Part shown: positions 1 to 9,634 of the stretch, one piece after another
Position numbering within the stretch: the first letter of the stretch is position 1
Layout: each line of letters begins with the position of its first letter
Assembly: GCA_016783555.1 (NCBI GenBank)
Contig: JADHWH010000002.1
Span: 2,037-66,036, forward strand
Origin: Candidatus Omnitrophota bacterium
GTDB taxonomy: Bacteria > Omnitrophota > Gorgyraeia > JABMRJ01
Length of the DNA stretch: 64,000 bases
Direction of reading: 5' to 3'
Notes under the pieces: model-generated
What the model was told of the DNA's origin: nothing
What the model saw: only the letters and a program-made list of their open reading frames with translations
Database searches by the model: none
Position numbers and translations under genes: made by a program

Positions 1-1
1 A

Positions 2-121
2 AAGCTTCAAAAAGGAACATTGAAAGGCGCCGAGAGTCTATGTAAACCCGGTTCAGGAAAAGGCTATGGAATAGAAAAGACCATATGCGATCATCCAAAT
101 GAGGAAAATCACAAACACTAA
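2..121 (+). CDS. 3' end of an upstream ORF entering from the window edge (product unknown)
   Basis: Frame 2 is open from position 2 to TAA at 119-121 (40 codons, ...GSGKGYGIEKTICDHPNEENHKH). No recognisable domain. Confidence 0.2.
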   Translation, partial: KLQKGTLKGAESLCKPGSGKGYGIEKTICDHPNEENHKH

Positions 122-140
122 TTAAAAAGGAGGAGGCGCC

Positions 141-515
141 ATGAAAATTTGCGTTACTTCTGAGGGGGGCAATTTAGATTCTAAGGTCGATCCCCGTTTT
201 GGCAGGTGTCAGTATTTTATCATTGTAGACACCGATACTCTAGCGCTTGAGGCGATAGAGAATCCGAATATCGAATCAATGGGCGGCGCGGGAATTCAAT
301 CCGGCCAGTTTGTTGCGGAAAAAAAAGTAAAAGCAGTGCTTACTGGCAATGTCGGACCCAATGCTTTTCAGACTTTGCAGTCAGCTGCGGTAGACGTGGT
401 TACCGGGATTTCAGGTACCGTTAAAGAAGCCGTAGGAAAATATAAAAAGGGCGAATTGAAACCAACACAAGGCCCGAGCGTAAGTTCGAAATTTGGCATG
501 CCGCCAAACAAATAG
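141..515 (+). CDS. NifX/NifB-C-terminal-like (dinitrogenase FeMo-cofactor-binding domain) protein
   Basis: Strong SD AGGAGGAGG upstream of ATG. 124 aa with MKIxVxSxG...FGRxxYFIIVD architecture typical of the NifX/NafY small-domain family. Heads a cluster with MinD-ferredoxin ATPases. Confidence 0.8.
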   Translation: MKICVTSEGGNLDSKVDPRFGRCQYFIIVDTDTLALEAIENPNIESMGGAGIQSGQFVAEKKVKAVLTGNVGPNAFQTLQSAAVDVVTGISGTVKEAVGKYKKGELKPTQGPSVSSKFGMPPNK

Positions 516-545
516 GGAGAATTAAAAATACAGGGGGTGGATAAA

Positions 546-770
546 ATGCCAGGTGGAAACGGAACAGGACTATTCGGGCAAGGCTCGGGAAGAGGCAGAG
601 GTATGGGAAGAGGCGGCGGAAGAGGTAGAATGGGTGGAAATCGTCCAGGTGCAGGGCCAGGCGGAAATTGTATTTGCCCTAGTTGTGGCGCAAAGGCACC
701 TCACCAAGCTGGGGCACCATGTGGTTCCTTAGAATGCCCGAAATGCGGAAACAGGATGATACGGGAGTAG
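546..770 (+). CDS. DUF5320-like Gly/Arg-rich protein with C-terminal zinc ribbon
   Basis: MPGGNGTG start followed by GRGRG low-complexity stretch, then CPSCG...CPKCG (CxxC-x16-CxxC). ATG at 546 has SD GGGGGTGG; the track start at 537 is GTG in the same frame. Confidence 0.6.
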   Translation: MPGGNGTGLFGQGSGRGRGMGRGGGRGRMGGNRPGAGPGGNCICPSCGAKAPHQAGAPCGSLECPKCGNRMIRE

Positions 771-773
771 TTC

Positions 774-1385
774 TTGGAAGAGAGATTGTTAGAAAACCAC
801 AAAAGATATTTAGAGAGAATGAACTTTTACAAGGATTTTGGCTATGATGTTGAAAAGGAGAGAAAGTTTATTTTAGAAAAGTCCTATCCTCTTTTTGGTG
901 ATATATTAGAAGTTGGAACAGGCAAAGGATATTTTACTGTTGAGCTTGCCAGGGAAGGGTATGATTTTGTAAGCGTAGATGTTTCCAGCGAAGAGCAAGA
1001 ATTTGCCAGACTCAATATAAAGTATTTTGGCTTTGAGAAATTCGTGGACTTTAGGATAGAGAACGCAGAGTCTTTAAGTTTTGGTAATTCCAGTTTTGAT
1101 ATAGTGTTTTCCATAAACACAGTACATCATCTTACTAATCCGGTCAAAGTAACAGAGGAGCTGATAAGGATAACTACCCCTGAAGGAAAGATTGTCTTGA
1201 GCGATTTTACCGAAGATGGCCTGAAAATTATAGACAAAATCCACGCTTCAGAAGGAAAGGTGCACGAGGCGGGACGGATAAGCTTATCAAACGTGGGTGA
1301 TTATTTGGAGGAGAGGAGATTTGGTGTTGAGAGGCACAGAGACAAATTTCAAGAGGTCCTTATTGCATACCACCAAATCGTATAA
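774..1385 (+). CDS. class I SAM-dependent methyltransferase
   Basis: Motif I LEVGTGKGYFT, acidic motif FVSVDVS, motif III-like FDIVFS. TTG start at 774 (alternative in-frame ATG at 819). Confidence 0.7.
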   Translation: MEERLLENHKRYLERMNFYKDFGYDVEKERKFILEKSYPLFGDILEVGTGKGYFTVELAREGYDFVSVDVSSEEQEFARLNIKYFGFEKFVDFRIENAESLSFGNSSFDIVFSINTVHHLTNPVKVTEELIRITTPEGKIVLSDFTEDGLKIIDKIHASEGKVHEAGRISLSNVGDYLEERRFGVERHRDKFQEVLIAYHQIV

Positions 1386-1390
1386 TAGCT

Positions 1391-2227
1391 ATGATTATTT
1401 CAATTGCTAGCGGAAAAGGCGGAACAGGAAAGACCACGATAGCTACTAGTCTTACACTTTCTATAAATAACGGTGTCCAACTATTAGACTGTGATGTAGA
1501 AGAGCCGAATGCACATATTTTCTTAAAACCTAGAATTAAGCAAAGCACCACTGTTTCTATTCCAGTGCCAAAAATAGATGAATCGAAGTGCACCTTTTGT
1601 GGTAAATGCGCAGAAATTTGCGCTTACAACGCCCTGGCCGTTCTTAATGATAGAGTTTTAACATTTCCTCATTTATGTCATGGATGCGGAGGCTGCAGTC
1701 TTATGTGTCCCAACAAAGCAATTACAGAAGTCGATAAAGAAATAGGAGTTGTCGAGATTGGCACCTCAAATAAACTACAATTCATACATGGAAAGCTGAA
1801 TATTGGGGAAGTAATGTCTCCACCCTTAATCATGGCAGTCAAAGAGTACATTAATCCAACGAGAATAGCAGTTGTAGATGCCCCGCCGGGAACATCCTGC
1901 CCTGTCGTTGAAGCAGTTAAGGGGAGCGATTTCTGTATTCTGGTTACTGAACCAACCCCTTTCGGCTTAAACGACCTGATACTAGCGGTAGAGATTCTAA
2001 GGAAATTAAATATACCCTTTGGAGTCGTAATAAACCGTTCTGATATAGGGGATGATAAGTTAAACAGTTATTGCAAAAAAGAGGGCATCTCTGTCTTAAT
2101 GCAGATCCCTCTTAAAAAGGAGATAGCCATTGCTTATTCAGATGGTGTTACTATTGTAGAGGCATTTCCATACTACAAGAAGGCATTTACCGCGCTATAT
2201 GAAAAAGTTGCGAGAAGGGTACGATGA
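1391..2227 (+). CDS. MinD/ParA-superfamily P-loop ATPase with inserted 2x[4Fe-4S] ferredoxin domain (CooC/Mrp-like)
   Basis: Deviant Walker A GKGGTGKTT; CTFCGKCAEIC and CHGCGGCSLMC cluster motifs; Walker B-like ILVTEP. Confidence 0.85.
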   Translation: MIISIASGKGGTGKTTIATSLTLSINNGVQLLDCDVEEPNAHIFLKPRIKQSTTVSIPVPKIDESKCTFCGKCAEICAYNALAVLNDRVLTFPHLCHGCGGCSLMCPNKAITEVDKEIGVVEIGTSNKLQFIHGKLNIGEVMSPPLIMAVKEYINPTRIAVVDAPPGTSCPVVEAVKGSDFCILVTEPTPFGLNDLILAVEILRKLNIPFGVVINRSDIGDDKLNSYCKKEGISVLMQIPLKKEIAIAYSDGVTIVEAFPYYKKAFTALYEKVARRVR

Positions 2228-3069
2228 AACAAATAGTGATAATAAGCGGAAAAGGCGGAACAGGTAAGACGATACTAACCGCATCATTTGCTGCTTTATC
2301 TAAGAATGCAGTATTTGCAGACTGCGATGTAGATGCGGCAGACCTACATTTATTATTAAATCCTAATATAAGAGAAAGACACGAGTTTAGAAGCGGAAAG
2401 ACCGCAAGAGTTGATAAGGAACTGTGTCAGCAATGCGAAGAGTGCGTAAGAGTTTGTCGTTTTGCCGCAATAGATACAAATATTATAGTTGATCCTATTT
2501 CATGTGAGGGATGTGGTGTCTGTAGTTATATTTGCCCGGTTGGGGCAATTAAAATGGAAGAAAACATAGCCGGAGATTTGTTTATATCGGATACAAAATA
2601 TGGCCCGATGGTTCATGCAAAGCTAGGCATAGCAGAAGAAAATTCAGGCAAACTTGTTACATTAGTTAGGCAAAAGGCAAAAGAGATGGCTGAAAGGAAT
2701 AACAGCTCCAAGATCATTATTGACGGTCCACCCGGGATAGGGTGCCCAGTGATCGCCTCTTTGACAGGTGCAGATCTAGCCGTGATAGTTACAGAACCTA
2801 CGCTTTCAGGTATCCATGATATGGAAAGAATAGCTGATGTTACTAAACATTTTGGTATTCATGCTAAGGTAGTCGTAAATAAATACGATATTAATTTGAG
2901 CAACACTCAAATAATTAAAAGGGTATGCCAGGGCAGAGATATGGAGGTTATAGCTCAGTTACCCTTTTCAGAAGATGTAAGCCGTTCATTAGTTAAGAAA
3001 ATACCCATCGTAGAATATTGCAATGAAAGAATATCAAAGGATATTATCGGACTATGGAAGAAGATTTAA
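2224..3069 (+). CDS. MinD/ParA-superfamily P-loop ATPase with inserted 2x[4Fe-4S] ferredoxin domain (paralog)
   Basis: GKGGTGKT Walker A; CQQCEECVRVC and CEGCGVCSYIC; ATGA overlap with the upstream paralog. Confidence 0.85.
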   Translation: MKQIVIISGKGGTGKTILTASFAALSKNAVFADCDVDAADLHLLLNPNIRERHEFRSGKTARVDKELCQQCEECVRVCRFAAIDTNIIVDPISCEGCGVCSYICPVGAIKMEENIAGDLFISDTKYGPMVHAKLGIAEENSGKLVTLVRQKAKEMAERNNSSKIIIDGPPGIGCPVIASLTGADLAVIVTEPTLSGIHDMERIADVTKHFGIHAKVVVNKYDINLSNTQIIKRVCQGRDMEVIAQLPFSEDVSRSLVKKIPIVEYCNERISKDIIGLWKKI

Positions 3070-3434
3070 CCAGTTATCCTGAAAATATTATAAAGTTTGC
3101 TAAAGACCCAAAACACTTTGGCAGAATGACAGATCCCACGAGCGCGGCATGCATCAAAGGCCCGTGCGGTGACGAAATGGAAGTGTATCTAGTTATTAGT
3201 GATAGAGTGATAAAAAACATCAAATTTTATACTAAAGGGTGCATCGCTACAGTTGTTTGTGGATCTGCGGTTGCTCAACTGGCTTCAGGAAGATCTGTTG
3301 ACGAGGCCTTAGGCATTTCTCCGAAACAGGTCATAGACATGTTAAACGGGCTGCCGGAAGACCGCTGTCATTGCTCGATTTTGGCTGTCAGTACTCTTCA
3401 TAGAGCTATCGCAGATTACCTGCTTAAGAAATGA
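3054..3434 (+). CDS. IscU/NifU N-terminal-domain Fe-S cluster scaffold-like protein
   Basis: Aligns to IscU by eye: GPCGDEM, KGCIATV, HCSILA...AIADY (three ligand Cys plus His). Confidence 0.8.
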   Translation: MEEDLTSYPENIIKFAKDPKHFGRMTDPTSAACIKGPCGDEMEVYLVISDRVIKNIKFYTKGCIATVVCGSAVAQLASGRSVDEALGISPKQVIDMLNGLPEDRCHCSILAVSTLHRAIADYLLKK

Positions 3435-3449
3435 ATTTAGCTAAATAAT

Positions 3450-4160
3450 ATGCAGATAAAAATACTTTTTGATAGCATGGCTTTGGATAAGAGATTTCAA
3501 ACCGGATGGGGTATTTCATATTTAATTGATGGAACAATTCTATTTGATACAGGCGAGAAATCAAGCTCGTTGCTTAGAAATATGAGAAATATGGGCGTAG
3601 ATGCCCCCAGTTTAAAAACAGTAGTTATCTCTCATGACCATTGGGATCACAGAGGCGGGTTGTGGGGGATTTTGAAAGAAAATCCCAAACTAAAAGTTTA
3701 TGCCTGCCCAAATTTTAGTAAAAGATTTAAGAATAGGGTCAGATTTTATAGTGGTCAACTAATCGAAGTTGATAAATTTACTCAAGTGTACAAAAATCTC
3801 TATACAACCGGAGAAATAAAAGGAAGATACGACGGTAAGCGCATGCCAGAGCAAAGTTTGATTTTAGCGGCATCTAAAGGTTTAGCTATTCTTACAGGTT
3901 GTGCCCATCCAGGGATAATAAGGATTGTTGAAAATGTAAAACGAAGCATATCTGGCAATATTTATCTTGTTATGGGCGGTTTTCATCTAGTTGGCAAGCA
4001 TAAAGAGACAATTAAAGCCATTGTCGGCCAATTTAAACGCTTAGGCGTAAAGAAAATTGCACCTTGCCATTGCACGGGGAAAAATGCTACAAAGTTATTT
4101 AAAGAAGCATATGGCGATAATTTTATTGAAGTAAAAGTTGGTGAAGTAATAGAGATATAA
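3450..4160 (+). CDS. MBL-fold metallo-hydrolase
   Basis: HxHxDH motif (SHDHWDH) with downstream His/Asp ligands (CAHPG, GGFH, CHCTG). Confidence 0.75.
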   Translation: MQIKILFDSMALDKRFQTGWGISYLIDGTILFDTGEKSSSLLRNMRNMGVDAPSLKTVVISHDHWDHRGGLWGILKENPKLKVYACPNFSKRFKNRVRFYSGQLIEVDKFTQVYKNLYTTGEIKGRYDGKRMPEQSLILAASKGLAILTGCAHPGIIRIVENVKRSISGNIYLVMGGFHLVGKHKETIKAIVGQFKRLGVKKIAPCHCTGKNATKLFKEAYGDNFIEVKVGEVIEI

Positions 4161-4232
4161 CTGTTTGTCGTAGATTTGAGTAGATATTTCTGTTAAATTT
4201 AGTATAATATCCTTGAAGAAAGGGTAGTCTGA

Positions 4233-4526
4233 ATGGTTATTCCAAGAAGCAATTATTTTAAGAGTATACTGCTCTTAATAGTTATAATCTTTATATTTCT
4301 GTCTGTGGGGGTAGAATTTCTGCATAATCACAGCGATTCGGAATTTCATAATGACTGCCCTGCATGTATTTGGCTAATCAATTTGGTATTTATCTTTTTT
4401 GTTTTCCTTCTTCTTCCAGGTATATTGTTGCGTTTTGGACACATTTCTTTAAATTTCCTGCGGATTTTCATAAGTAAAACCTACCAAGCCTTACAACGCC
4501 CTCGCTCTCCGCCAAGTTTAGTATAA
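4233..4526 (+). CDS. hypothetical small membrane protein
   Basis: 97 aa with two hydrophobic helices separated by an HNHSDSEFHNDCPAC segment. No family recognised; could be non-coding. Confidence 0.3.
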   Translation: MVIPRSNYFKSILLLIVIIFIFLSVGVEFLHNHSDSEFHNDCPACIWLINLVFIFFVFLLLPGILLRFGHISLNFLRIFISKTYQALQRPRSPPSLV

Positions 4527-4593
4527 CCCATAAAATTACTAATCTTTCCCAAGACTTATCTTTATTTATTAAAATAGAAGGGGGGAAGTGTAG

Positions 4594-6006
4594 ATGAGAA
4601 AAATTTCGATTTTTATGTTTTCTGTTTTTACATTTGTATTTTTTTCGATGACTCCCTGTGCGCTGTCCCAGGAGAAAAAAGATGATGAAATTGCAGAATT
4701 GAAAACGCTTATCAAGGGTCTAAAAAGCGAAATCGATGAAATGCAGAGATGCCATAGGCAAGAAGTGAATGCCTTGAGAGAAGATATAAGAGAAATCCGC
4801 GAAACTCGCGGCATTGCGGCAAAAGAAGAGTCTGACGTTGAAGCATTACGACGCCTTGCCCAAGAGGAGGCCGTGAAAGAAGAGGAGAGAAAAGAGCCCG
4901 ATGACACTGTATTTAAACATGGCGGGCTTGCCCTGCAAAAACTTAATCCGGAGATAAGCATTACAGGGGACATGGTTAACGCATATACGGTTGACGCCGC
5001 TACCGATAGGTACGATTTTGATTTTAGAAACCTTGGCATACATTTTGAATCCTATCTCGATCCGTATACACGTTTCAAAGCCGCTATTCCGGTCACTACA
5101 AGTTCGGCTAGCATAGGAGAGGCATATTTAACACGATATGGCGTTTTAAAAGACGTTAATCTTACTATGGGTAAGTTTAGGCAGCAATTCGGTGTTGTTA
5201 ACCGATGGCACAAACATGCCTTAGATCAGGTTGATTTTCCTCTTGTATTGCGTCAAATATTCGGCAATGGGGGCCTTAATCAATCCGGAATATCACTTGA
5301 TTGGACTATGCCGACCTTATTCGGCTCATCGCAGGAGCTTATAGTGCAAGGCACCAATGGTGAAAACGATCGTGTTTTTTCCGGAAATGTCATAAGTATC
5401 CCAAGCGTCTTAGCGCGTTATAAAAATTATAGAGATCTGTCTAAAAATACATATCTTGAATTGGGCCTCACAGGACTTCTTGGTTGGAATAGAGACTGGG
5501 ATGTGAGGATGGGAGGGGCAACTATTACGAAGAAAGATTACAAACACGCCGCCTGTTTTGGCGCTGATTTCACAGTGCTTTGGGAACCGACTGAGCGTAT
5601 GCGGCACCGCAATCTTGAATGGAGGAGTGAGCTCTATTGGCTTAACAAGGGTATTTTGGCCCCTGATGATTCAGGTAGCGACACGCTCAACGCCTGGGGG
5701 ACTTACAGCTATCTACAAGCCAAGGTATCGCGGACGCTAGATATCGGTATCCGCGGTGATTTCTATATGCCCGATGATAAAGATTATGCTAGTGTTCCCG
5801 GCCTTTCCCTTGCGCCACTTGCTCATACTGAAGATAATGCATATCAATGGCAGATCGGTCCGTATATTACGTGGTGGCAAAGCCCTTTTGTGAAATTCAG
5901 GCTGGAATATAATCATTTGGACGGAGAACGCCTTGCCGAGCCTGAAGACAAGATAATGCTCCAGGCTGTATTTGCTGTTGGTCCACACAAGCATGAAAGA
6001 TACTAA
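4594..6006 (+). CDS. putative outer-membrane beta-barrel (porin-like) protein with N-terminal coiled coil
   Basis: Signal peptide (FFSMTPCALS), about 70-aa heptad/charged coiled coil, then a long domain of alternating amphipathic strands rich in Y/W/G/N. Heads the metal ABC operon. Confidence 0.5.
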   Translation: MRKISIFMFSVFTFVFFSMTPCALSQEKKDDEIAELKTLIKGLKSEIDEMQRCHRQEVNALREDIREIRETRGIAAKEESDVEALRRLAQEEAVKEEERKEPDDTVFKHGGLALQKLNPEISITGDMVNAYTVDAATDRYDFDFRNLGIHFESYLDPYTRFKAAIPVTTSSASIGEAYLTRYGVLKDVNLTMGKFRQQFGVVNRWHKHALDQVDFPLVLRQIFGNGGLNQSGISLDWTMPTLFGSSQELIVQGTNGENDRVFSGNVISIPSVLARYKNYRDLSKNTYLELGLTGLLGWNRDWDVRMGGATITKKDYKHAACFGADFTVLWEPTERMRHRNLEWRSELYWLNKGILAPDDSGSDTLNAWGTYSYLQAKVSRTLDIGIRGDFYMPDDKDYASVPGLSLAPLAHTEDNAYQWQIGPYITWWQSPFVKFRLEYNHLDGERLAEPEDKIMLQAVFAVGPHKHERY

Positions 6007-6023
6007 TGATATGGAGGGTAATC

Positions 6024-7091
6024 ATGAGAAGAGTATGCTTAGTTATGTTATTCTTACTGATTATAGTATGCTGTTATCAGAGTGCGGGCATTTGTGAAGG
6101 CAAAAGTCTCCTCAGGGTGGTGACAACACTTCCTGACTACGCATTTTTTGTAGAGAGAATAGGAAGAGAGCGCGTTTCCGTAACTCATATAGTCCATGGA
6201 GACCAGGATGCGCATTTCATTCGCCCTAAGCCTTCCTTCGTTACTCTTGTCCGTGATGCGGATGTATTGATTTCAACCGGATTAGATCTTGAACTATGGT
6301 TGCCAACGATCATAAATAAATCCGGCAATACTCATATTCGCAGCGGACAACCTGGTTACGTTTCAGCCGCGCACGGTATGAACCTTTTGGAAAAGCCGAT
6401 GACTATATCAAGGATAGAGGGCGGCGTTCATATTTACGGCAATCCGCACGTTACCTCGAGCCCCATTAATATGAAGATTGCCGCCCGCAATATCGCAACC
6501 GGCCTGATTAAAAATGACCCCGAAGGAAAGGAAGTGTATCTGGCAAATCTTAAGAATCTGCTGGATGAGATAGACAGACGTCTTTTTGGTGAGGAGCTTG
6601 TTCAGATTCTTGGGGGTGATACTTTATGTAGTATGGCCGAAAAGAGGACATTGATACCGTTTCTTAAGAAGCGTAAGTTACATGATAAGCCACTCATTGA
6701 CTATCTTGGCGGATGGATGAAGAAAACACTTTTTATTCGGGACACTTCCATTGTTACTTATCACAAGAACTGGGTTTACTTTTTAAGGCTATTCGGCCTT
6801 GAAGAAGCCGGGACTATAGAGCCGAAGCCGGGAATCCCCCCATCACCTAAACATGTGACAGGCCTTGTTGAGTTGATGCGCGCGAGAGATCTTAGAGTTA
6901 TCCTTGCAGCAAATTACTTCGATGAACAAAAGATCCGGACGGTTGCTAATAAAGTGGATGCCGAAGCGGTGATTGTCCCGCTTTACGTTGGCGGCGAGGC
7001 GGGTGTTAAGGACTATTTTCAGCTTGTTGACCGCTGGATCAATGGTCTTATTGCCGCGTATCATGAAAAAGGCCTTTTGAATAGGGGGTAA
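6024..7091 (+). CDS. metal (Zn/Mn/Fe) ABC transporter substrate-binding protein, TroA/ZnuA family
   Basis: Signal peptide/lipobox-like N-terminus and TroA-family His ligands (VTHIVHGDQDAHF). SD GGAGGG before ATG 6024 (track start 6006 is in frame). Confidence 0.8.
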   Translation: MRRVCLVMLFLLIIVCCYQSAGICEGKSLLRVVTTLPDYAFFVERIGRERVSVTHIVHGDQDAHFIRPKPSFVTLVRDADVLISTGLDLELWLPTIINKSGNTHIRSGQPGYVSAAHGMNLLEKPMTISRIEGGVHIYGNPHVTSSPINMKIAARNIATGLIKNDPEGKEVYLANLKNLLDEIDRRLFGEELVQILGGDTLCSMAEKRTLIPFLKKRKLHDKPLIDYLGGWMKKTLFIRDTSIVTYHKNWVYFLRLFGLEEAGTIEPKPGIPPSPKHVTGLVELMRARDLRVILAANYFDEQKIRTVANKVDAEAVIVPLYVGGEAGVKDYFQLVDRWINGLIAAYHEKGLLNRG

Positions 7092-7110
7092 CACTCAAAC
7101 GGAGGTCGGG

Positions 7111-7923
7111 ATGTCAGAGACCTTAAGTTTTTTTGCGATACAGATTACATTTTTGGCAGTGGTTCTAATTCTACACACCTATCTTGGGCTTCACGTCATC
7201 AGGCGAACCATTGTCTTTTCGGATCTTGTGCTTGATCAACTGGCGGCCTTTGGCGCCTTGGTCGGGATAGGGATAGGGATCCGATACGGAACAGCGAGTT
7301 CCTACCTGGTTTCGTTGATAGCCGTTATTTTTGGCGCTGTGCTGCTTGCTGTAATTAAACCCAAGAATCGATTGATACCAAGAGAAGCCGTTATCGGCAT
7401 AATGTATGCCTTAGCCCTTGCGGCATCCCTTTTATTAGCGGACAAACTTTCAGGGGGAGAGACTTATGTTACCAAGACCCTTTCCGGTTCTATGTTGTGG
7501 GTAACCTGGCCTCTTGTTATCGCAACAGTCGTTGCTTATATAATTTTATTATTGTTTCACTTCAAATTCCGTAGTCAGTTTATAACTTTAACCGAAAAGA
7601 AACTCATTATTAAAAATGAGAGATTCTGGGACTTTTTATTTTTTACCACCCAAGGTATTATTACGGTTCTTGTTGTTCCGATTGCCGGGGTTTTGCTGGC
7701 TTACGCATTTCTTATGATTCCGGCAGCGATCGTTGCGATGTTTACGAGAAAATGGGCCATTGCCGTGGCAATAGGATGGGGTATAGGGTTTATGGCCTGC
7801 ACGATAGGCCTTTTTGCCTCATATTTCTTCGATCTGCCTTATGGGCCTAGTCTTGTTTTATCATTGGGAGGTTTTTTTGTATGCGCTGTGATTATTCGCG
7901 CCTTTTTGCCGCAAAGGGCCTGA
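7111..7923 (+). CDS. metal ABC transporter permease (ABC-3 family, TroC/ZnuB-like)
   Basis: Polytopic; conserved YLGxHVIxRxxxFxxDxLxQxAAxG N-terminal ABC-3 signature. Confidence 0.8.
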   Translation: MSETLSFFAIQITFLAVVLILHTYLGLHVIRRTIVFSDLVLDQLAAFGALVGIGIGIRYGTASSYLVSLIAVIFGAVLLAVIKPKNRLIPREAVIGIMYALALAASLLLADKLSGGETYVTKTLSGSMLWVTWPLVIATVVAYIILLLFHFKFRSQFITLTEKKLIIKNERFWDFLFFTTQGIITVLVVPIAGVLLAYAFLMIPAAIVAMFTRKWAIAVAIGWGIGFMACTIGLFASYFFDLPYGPSLVLSLGGFFVCAVIIRAFLPQRA

Positions 7924-7940
7924 TCTGAAAAAGAAAGGAT

Positions 7941-8786
7941 TTGGCTATGCCACAACTCATTCAAATCTTTAGCCAACCGTTTTTAGTGTGCCTAACGATG
8001 GTCTTCATTTTGGGCTATATGGGTATCCATGTTCTCAAGAGAGAGGTAATATTCATTGACATTGCTCTGGCTCAGATTGCGGCAGTAGGGGCAATTGTTG
8101 CCCATGTTGCCTTTGAAGCGCACGGAGATTCACTTTTTAGTTATTCTTTCGCATTTGGTTTTACGCTGGTTGCATCCGTTTTCTATTCTCTCGTTCGTAG
8201 GAAGGTTAATCAGATCCCATTAGAGGCGGTTATCGGCATTTCCTACGCGATCGCGGCCGCAGCAGCGCTCTTTCTGGTTGGGATAGCTCCGGGCGGCCAC
8301 ATTCATGTGCACCAGATGCTATCCGGAAGTATTCTCTGGGCAACATGGAAAGACTTTTTATTATGTGTTTTTGTTTTTTCGGTAGTCGGTTTTTGCTTCT
8401 ACGTTTTCCGAAAACCCTTTAAGGAGATATCTGATAATTACGAAGCCGCTCTCAAGAAAGGAATAAAAGTAGTGTGGTGGGATTTTCTCTTCTATGCGTT
8501 ATTCGGCATTGTGATCACACTGGCTGTTAGGATTGGCGGCGTGGTGGTAATTTTTGCCTTCCTTATCATACCGGCAACAATCTCTTCCTTATTTTCTTCA
8601 AATTGGGTAAGGCGTTTGGTTATTAGCTGGGTAATCGGTGTAGGAGCGATAGTAGCGGGACTCTTGTTTGCAGACCATTTCGATTTTTCTATTGGTTCCT
8701 CTATTTCCTTTTTTCTGGGAGTGGCATTGGTTTTTGCTGGGCTTTTTCGGATAGGCCGACAGCGTATTGCTATAGCAAAAAAATGA
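7941..8786 (+). CDS. metal ABC transporter permease (ABC-3 family, TroD-like)
   Basis: Paralog of the upstream permease (YMGIHVLKREVIFIDIALAQIAAVG). Confidence 0.8.
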   Translation: MAMPQLIQIFSQPFLVCLTMVFILGYMGIHVLKREVIFIDIALAQIAAVGAIVAHVAFEAHGDSLFSYSFAFGFTLVASVFYSLVRRKVNQIPLEAVIGISYAIAAAAALFLVGIAPGGHIHVHQMLSGSILWATWKDFLLCVFVFSVVGFCFYVFRKPFKEISDNYEAALKKGIKVVWWDFLFYALFGIVITLAVRIGGVVVIFAFLIIPATISSLFSSNWVRRLVISWVIGVGAIVAGLLFADHFDFSIGSSISFFLGVALVFAGLFRIGRQRIAIAKK

Positions 8787-9547
8787 AAAGACTCATTTAC
8801 TCGATAGCAGTTGTAGGGATGGTAACAGTTTTGTGTTCTTGCGCAAGCACGCCTATTAAACCGCCAGACTATTCCAGAATGGATATTATTACGCAGCCCG
8901 CTACTCCTATCTTAAGGAAAGATATTATTCATAAGGTAGCCCCTGGAGAGACGGTTTGGCGCATCGCTAAGATGTATGATATTAGAATAGAAGATATCAT
9001 GCAGGCGAATACTCTAAAGAAGCCAAAAGAGCTAAAAATGGGCCAAAGCCTTCTTATACCAGATGCTGCGCCGCTGGAAGCAGTCATTCCTCTTTATCCT
9101 TCTAAAAAATGGAGATATATTATTATTCACCATAGCGCAACCGATGAGGGATGTGCGCTGCATTTCCATTTTGCGCATCATTCAAGAGGATTTAAGAGAG
9201 GTTTAGGCTACCATTTTGTTATTAATAATGGGACAAGGGAAAAAGACGATGGATATATTGAAATTTCGCCTCGTTGGTTAAAGCAGCTGAATGGCGCGCA
9301 CTGTAAAGCCTCAGGGATGAATAAGAAGGGAATAGGCATTTGTCTTGTGGGCAATTTTAGTAAAGAACGAATTTCTGAAAAACAGATGGATTCATTATTA
9401 TATTTGGTGAATTGTCTGAGAAAATACTATAAGATTTCTCTAAAAAACATAATGGGACATGGCCAAGTTTTTGGAGCAAGAACAGAATGTCCGGGTAAGA
9501 ATTTTCCTTTCGGTAAGCTTAAGAAACAACTCAAAGTATCAGATTAA
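8783..9547 (+). CDS. LysM-domain N-acetylmuramoyl-L-alanine amidase (amidase_2/PGRP fold) lipoprotein
   Basis: Lipobox LCSCAS; LysM (HKVAPGETVWRIAKMYDIRIEDIMQAN); amidase_2 motifs (IIIHHSAT, GYHFVI, Cys near the C-terminus). Confidence 0.75.
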   Translation: MKRLIYSIAVVGMVTVLCSCASTPIKPPDYSRMDIITQPATPILRKDIIHKVAPGETVWRIAKMYDIRIEDIMQANTLKKPKELKMGQSLLIPDAAPLEAVIPLYPSKKWRYIIIHHSATDEGCALHFHFAHHSRGFKRGLGYHFVINNGTREKDDGYIEISPRWLKQLNGAHCKASGMNKKGIGICLVGNFSKERISEKQMDSLLYLVNCLRKYYKISLKNIMGHGQVFGARTECPGKNFPFGKLKKQLKVSD

Positions 9548-9634
9548 AAGAATGTAAATAGAAAAATACAAAATAGCTTGACAAGCCCGCTAATATGTGC
9601 TACTTTAGTAAAAAAAGTAATACCAAGATAGCCC

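Noticed and set aside
4569-5043. Minus-strand ORFs antisense to the 5' part of the 4594..6006 gene
   Set aside because: The sense ORF has a signal peptide, coiled coil and operon context; the antisense ORFs are Ser-rich and low-complexity.
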